Below are positions 32,775-37,477 of a stretch of 37,477 bases of DNA, in pieces. The position numbers were made by a program, and so were the translations under genes. The stretch comes from Octopus bimaculoides (Eukaryota). The notes under the pieces are model-generated. The model made no database searches. It had not been told where the DNA came from and saw only the letters and a list, made by a program, of their open reading frames with translations. Position 1 is the first letter of the stretch, and each line of letters opens with the position of its first letter. The stretch is from NCBI RefSeq assembly GCF_001194135.2, contig NC_069001.1:13887975-13925451 (forward strand), given 5' to 3'.

Positions 32775-34125
32775 CTCTGTCTATCTACTTATCTATCTAT
32801 CTGTCTACTTATCTATCTATCTGTCTATTTATCTATCTATCTATCTGTCTGTCTATCTATCTGTCTGTCTATCTATCTGTCTGTCTCTGTCTATCTATCT
32901 ATCTGTCTATTTATCTATCTATCTATCTGTATGTCTGTCTGTCTGTCTGTCTCTATCTGTCTATTTATCTATCTATCTGTCTGTCTGTCTGTCTCTATGT
33001 ATCTATCTGTCTGTCTGTCTGTCTGTCTCTATCTATCTGTCTCTACCACTATCACCCCCTCGCCTTTTCCTATACTTTCTGATTTCTCTGCCTTTCTATG
33101 AATCTCTCTCTCACTCTCACTCTCTCTCTCTCTCTCACTCTCTCTTTATCTAGATATCTATATTTCAATTCCTCTTTTCTATCTCCTTGTTCCCTTTCGC
33201 ACCCTCTCTATGCCCCTCTCTCTCTCTATCCATCAATCATGTACCCTCCCCCTCTTATAAAACCAATTATCTCTTCCTTCTTTCTCTAACTCCCTCCCTC
33301 CCTCCCTCTATACCTCTAGGTCATTCTCTTCCATTATCTTCTAGTCTCTCTTTGACGCCAATATTCTTTCCGTCCTTCTCTTTAATCCTCCCTTCCATTG
33401 TCTTTTGGCTTTTTTTCCCTTCCCGTTCGGGCGCTTTCCAGCCTCAGCATCCGTCCCTTCTTTTCCAAATCTCACTTTCTCTCTCTCTCTCTCTCTCTCT
33501 CCATTTATCTCTCTCATTTCCTTCTCTTTCCTAACAGTTTCCCTCCAAATACTCTTTCTCCCTTTCATCACTCATTCAACATCCATCACTCTCACTCTTT
33601 CATTTCTCCTTCTCATTTGTCTGAGGTTTTTTTTCCACCTCACTCTAGCTCTGTCTCTCACTTTCACATTTCTCTTTCATTTATCTGTCTTTCACTTCTC
33701 TCTCACGTCTTTCTTTCTCTTCTTTTCTCTATCTTCTGGTTTCCCGACATTGTCTCTCCATTGCTCTCTTTCTCTCTTTCACTTCTCATTCAATATCCCA
33801 TCTTTCTTTCTCGTGTTTCTCTCACTTCTCTCTCTCTCTTTCATTTGTCAGTCTTTCACTTCTCTCTCATTTTATCTCTCGCTCTTCTCTCTTTCTCACT
33901 TTAATCTCTCATATCTCTCTTTCAATTTTTCTCTCATATGACTTGTCTTTCACTTCTCTTACTCCTCCTCTCACACTTTCTCTTATTTCTTTGTGTCTCC
34001 ATTCTCTCCTCTTTCTTCTTTCTCTAATCTCTCTGACTTTTACACCCCTTTCTTCATTCTCTCATTTCTCTCTCAGTCTCTTTCACTTCTCTCTTTCACC
34101 ACTCTCTCTTACTTTCACTTTTTTT
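32775..34125 (+). repeat. (TCTA/TCTG)n followed by about 1.1 kb of degenerate CT-rich polypyrimidine tract
   Basis: Direct reading; ctttcacttctct recurs near 33690, 33853, 33947 and 34080. Confidence 0.9.
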
Positions 34126-34132
34126 TTGTTGT

Positions 34133-34440
34133 TGTTTAACCCCAGGTCAGCCATGATCGAGCAGATGACTTTATGATCAAAGGCCTAACCACCCCGTCCA
34201 CCCTAATTAGACACCCCTCTCCGGTCAGCTCTGAACGAGCAGAGCTATGGTTAAAGAGAAGCTGGCCGTGACAATCCTGAATGAAGCCTAGGACTACATT
34301 ATTTAAAATGAATGAGCTAAGCTATGTTTCATGACATTCCAGATGTGACGATCTCGTCTTTGTCTTGTATGTATGATGGGAACTCAGGAGTACATTATTC
34401 AATGTACAAGCTCAGCTATGATTAAAGACAATCTAGTATC
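34133..34440 (+). mobile_element. Several degenerate tandem pieces of a short repeat (family F); another copy at about 35243-35305
   Basis: The ggtcagc..ga.cgagcaga..tatg.t.aaag motif recurs at about 34145 and 34225, partly at 34325 and 34410. Confidence 0.55.
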
Positions 34441-34609
34441 TGTGTCTGTCTATGTTCTCTCTCTTTTTAATTTAGAATTTTGATTGGCCTTCTGTTTTAA
34501 CCATCATCTTTAAATTTTAAGGTCTTCAGATTTTTGTAGCGCAAGAATTAAGGAATTGCGTTCTCTCCCCAAGAACCTAAGTTCAACCATACTTTGTCCC
34601 AAAAGTCTG

Positions 34610-34652
34610 AAATATAAAGGGGTCCGCAAGTCAAAAAATTTGAAAACCCCTG
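34610..34652 (+). mobile_element. hAT-type MITE 3' end
   Basis: ggggtccgcaagtcaaaaaatttgaaaacccctg (CAGGGG-type terminal repeat). Confidence 0.5.
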
Positions 34653-34664
34653 CCCTACAACAAT

Positions 34665-35070
34665 ATATGCTTTAACTTGGTGGCTGTTTCAATTTTCAAG
34701 TTCCACCAATATTCTTTTGACCCATCGGTCTCAATATAATCAACTTCGTCTGATGGTGATTTCTTTTTTTTTTTCTCCCGTTCCAGATTGTTCTGGAAAC
34801 CGCATCATGCCACATAGGAAGATAATATCTAGAAAACATTCTGTCGCTGTTTACCAATAATATGGTCGGTGACTCAGCCTAAATTTGTTTTCCATCAATG
34901 TTTTCTGTCTTTTAAGTAGCAGGTACTTAGTAGGAATCATTTGGTCTTGAGCTACATGAAGCTGGCCTTCGAAGTGAAATGTCATAAACTTCTTGGTACT
35001 CCATGTCAGACTTTTGACATGATGTATTCCCTCTATGACTTGCATCTTAAATGTCACATATACATGTTAT
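34665..35070 (-). mobile_element. Second fragment of the R4/Dong-type LINE lineage seen at 4124-5324
   Basis: LTWSTKKFMTFHFEGQLHVAQDQMIPTK vs LSWTNSQIITSHFEGHAFAIQEQEISTK; MFSRYYLPMWHDAVSRTIWN vs MSSRYYLPMRHDAVARTLYN; KEYWWNLKIETATKLKH vs KEYWWNVPVKNSIKCKH. Confidence 0.9.
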
Positions 35071-35430
35071 TATGTACGTACGTACATACGTACATAAATA
35101 CATATATATATATACATACGCACACACATACATACGTATTTGCATATGTATGTATGTATGTATGCATCTATCTAACTATCTATCTATCTATCTATCTGCG
35201 TACTTATGTATACATGTTTAATGTAGTGTTGTTGTTTTTATGTTGTTGTTTAGCCGCTGGCTATCCATGAGTCAGTAGACCTATCATTAAATCGTTCCAG
35301 TATGAAAAAACACATCGACTAAGTTAGACTAAGGCACACAATTTTAAATAATTAAAATATATTGCTTTACTCCATCCCTCTCCGTCCCTCAAACTCCCTC
35401 TTTCTCTTTCCATCCGTCTCTCTATCCCCA

Positions 35431-35500
<70 letters not shown>

Positions 35501-36399
35501 TCTTTATGAATTTAACAATATATTTTTGCCTTCCTCTTAAACATATTTCTCTCTCTCTCTTACAATGCACCTGACCAAAACACACCACGCCATCCCAAAA
35601 CACAAGACCNNNNNNNNNNNNNNNNNNNNNNNNNNNNNNNNNNNNNNNNNNNNNNNNNNNNNNNNNNNNNNNNNNNNNNNNNNNNNNNNNNNNNNNNNNN
35701 NNNNNNNNNNNNNNNNNNNNNNNNNNNNNNNNNNNNNNNNNNNNNNNNNNNNNNNNNNNNNNNNNNNNNNNNNNNNNNNNNNNNNNNNNNNNNNNNNNNN
35801 NNNNNNNNNNNNNNNNNNNNNNNNNNNNNNNNNNNNNNNNNNNNNNNNNNNNNNNNNNNNNNNNNNNNNNNNNNNNNNNNNNNNNNNNNNNNNNNNNNNN
35901 NNNNNNNNNNNNNNNNNNNNNNNNNNNNNNNNNNNNNNNNNNNNNNNNNNNNNNNNNNNNNNNNNNNNNNNNNNNNNNNNNNNNNNNNNNNNNNNNNNNN
36001 NNNNNNNNNNNNNNNNNNNNNNNNNNNNNNNNNNNNNNNNNNNNNNNNNNNNNNNNNNNNNNNNNNNNNNNNNNNNNNNNNNNNNNNNNNNNNNNNNNNN
36101 NNNNNNNNNNNNNNNNNNNNNNNNNNNNNNNNNNNNNNNNNNNNNNNNNNNNNNNNNNNNNNNNNNNNNNNNNNNNNNNNNNNNNNNNNNNNNNNNNNNN
36201 NNNNNNNNNNNNNNNNNNNNNNNNNNNNNNNNNNNNNNNNNNNNNNNNNNNNNNNNNNNNNNNNNNNNNNNNNNNNNNNNNNNNNNNNNNNNNNNNNNNN
36301 NNNNNNNNNNNNNNNNNNNNNNNNNNNNNNNNATATATATATATATATATAGACAGCGGTATGTAGTGTTTATCAAAAAGGAAAACCGTAATTGTCACT

Positions 36400-36880
36400 A
36401 AATATGACTACTTGAGGTGATCTCGTACAGTGGATCAAGGTTTATTAAACCTTCAGGATGCGCGAATTCTCTTCAGTTGCAGCTTTCACTTCATCATTAT
36501 TGCTAACAGTTAGTCTTCGTGATCGATACACATCCAGAAGATCGAAATCAACGTTTTTTTAAAATTTGCTAAACTACCTTTGGCATTTCCGAATACTCAC
36601 ACCGTCAAGAAAAACAGTGCATATGCTTACCTTTGCACGTGTTGCAGTGTTGTCGTCACAAAATTCCTAAAGTATGCAGTACCGACTATGCAGCTTACGC
36701 ATACAGTACGAATCCAAATTAACGCTTAGACATTAGTTCTAAGCTGACTGGTTAATTGGAATGGCATCTTTTGTTGGCTTGTAAACTATTTGTGGTATTA
36801 TGTCAAACTACTAGCCTGGAAGTACGCCATTACTTTTCGGTACTCCTAATACGCACACATCACATTTCATTGTTTCATTT
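36400..36880 (-). promoter_or_regulatory. CpG-undepleted unique segment with a strong minus-strand donor (AAG|GTAAGC at 36631/36630); possible promoter or first exon
   Basis: About 20 CpG in about 500 bp by eye; a possible 36-nt exon 36631-36666 if the weak tactttAG acceptor is used. Confidence 0.3.
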
Positions 36881-36914
36881 TTCTGATGAAGGACTTGCAT
36901 CCGAAACGTTAAGA
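36879..36914 (+). ncRNA. Minimal type I hammerhead ribozyme motif (Penelope-like)
   Basis: TTTT-CTGATGA-A-GGA-CTTGCA-TCC-GAAA-CG-TT-AAGA: intact cores, 3-bp stem II, loopless palindromic stem III (ACGT), 4-bp stem I. Confidence 0.65.
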
Positions 36915-36934
36915 CTCTTTCCCTTCTGTTTTGT

Positions 36935-37240
36935 GTTGTGTTGTGTGTTGTGATATTTTGTAGTGTTTTGTGACATATTGTAATGTGTTGTGTGTCGTAA
37001 TATATTGTGTTGAGGAGAAAGAGGGGAGAAGGAAGAGAGAGAGAGAGGGGGGGTACTGTATTGTGATATAATGTGATATGCTTTGGTATGGTGATTTGTT
37101 GTGGTGTATTGTCTTGTAGTGTTTTGTGTCGTGTTTGTCCTGGTTTGTTGTAGTGCGTTTTGTAATGTGCTTTGTTGTGGTTCGTTTTGGCGTTTTGTGT
37201 TGCGTTGTGGTGGAGTTTGCTGTGTTGTGTTGCAACGTTT
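36935..37240 (+). repeat. Degenerate (TTGTG/TGTGT)n pentamer-like repeat
   Basis: Direct reading. Confidence 0.85.
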
Positions 37241-37477
37241 TACGGTGGCGTGTTATAAGGGTTTGAAGAAAACAGCGAGTTCGGAAGCAACGGTTTCAAG
37301 AGGGGAAGGTTAGTGAGAGACGGACGGAGGAAATTGCTTACCGAAATTGAATGAGGGTCAGTCAGATGGAGAGTAAACAAGAGACGGATGTTATATAATG
37401 TCAGACAGAAGACAGAAGACTGGAAAGGAAGAGGAGAGGGAAAGAAAGAGAAGATAATGGTGGTGGTGGTGGTGGTG

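Larger units (their letters stand above)
1345..36332. other. About 14 assembly gaps (N-runs), most bordered by (TA)n or other simple repeats
   Basis: N-runs such as 1345-1817, 5897-6710, 8021-8297, 9084-9321, 10778-11107, 19357-19572, 23861-24045, 30547-31022 and 35610-36332. Confidence 0.98.

Noticed and set aside
34760-34922. Very strong plus-strand acceptor (T)nCTCCCGTTCCAG at 34786 as a coding exon
   Set aside because: Stops in all three frames; the region is the antisense of the RLE LINE fragment and the T-run comes from its A-rich coding strand.
1278-36401. Long ORFs in the track containing X-runs or IYIY/CVCV/THTH/LSIY repeats
   Set aside because: They are open only because they cross N gaps or stop-free microsatellites; no coding signal.

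Overview
AT-rich eukaryotic (animal) genomic DNA from a gapped short-read assembly with about 14 N-runs, dominated by microsatellites and interspersed repeats. The SINE families match my recollection of Octopus repeats; this is recall, not a search result. No complete gene is visible, and almost all ORFs in the supplied track are artefacts of microsatellites or N-runs. Supported content: (1) at least five modular tRNA-headed SINE types in about 30 copies, including two head-to-tail arrays of one family spaced by (ATT)n; (2) three fragments of restriction-like-endonuclease (R4/Dong-type) non-LTR retrotransposons, each abutting a microsatellite ((CATA)/(TACN)n or (TAA)n); (3) decayed RTE and CR1/L2-group LINE pieces, hAT-type MITEs and one TTAA-flanked piggyBac-type MITE; (4) two well-formed and several decayed type I hammerhead ribozyme motifs of the Penelope-like kind, with inverted repeats around two of these loci; (5) a few isolated minus-strand exon candidates, a possible AG|GT recursive splice site and a CpG-undepleted island near 36.4-36.9 kb, together suggesting the window is mostly intron of one large minus-strand gene (inference). 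All alignments, translations and counts were done by eye.
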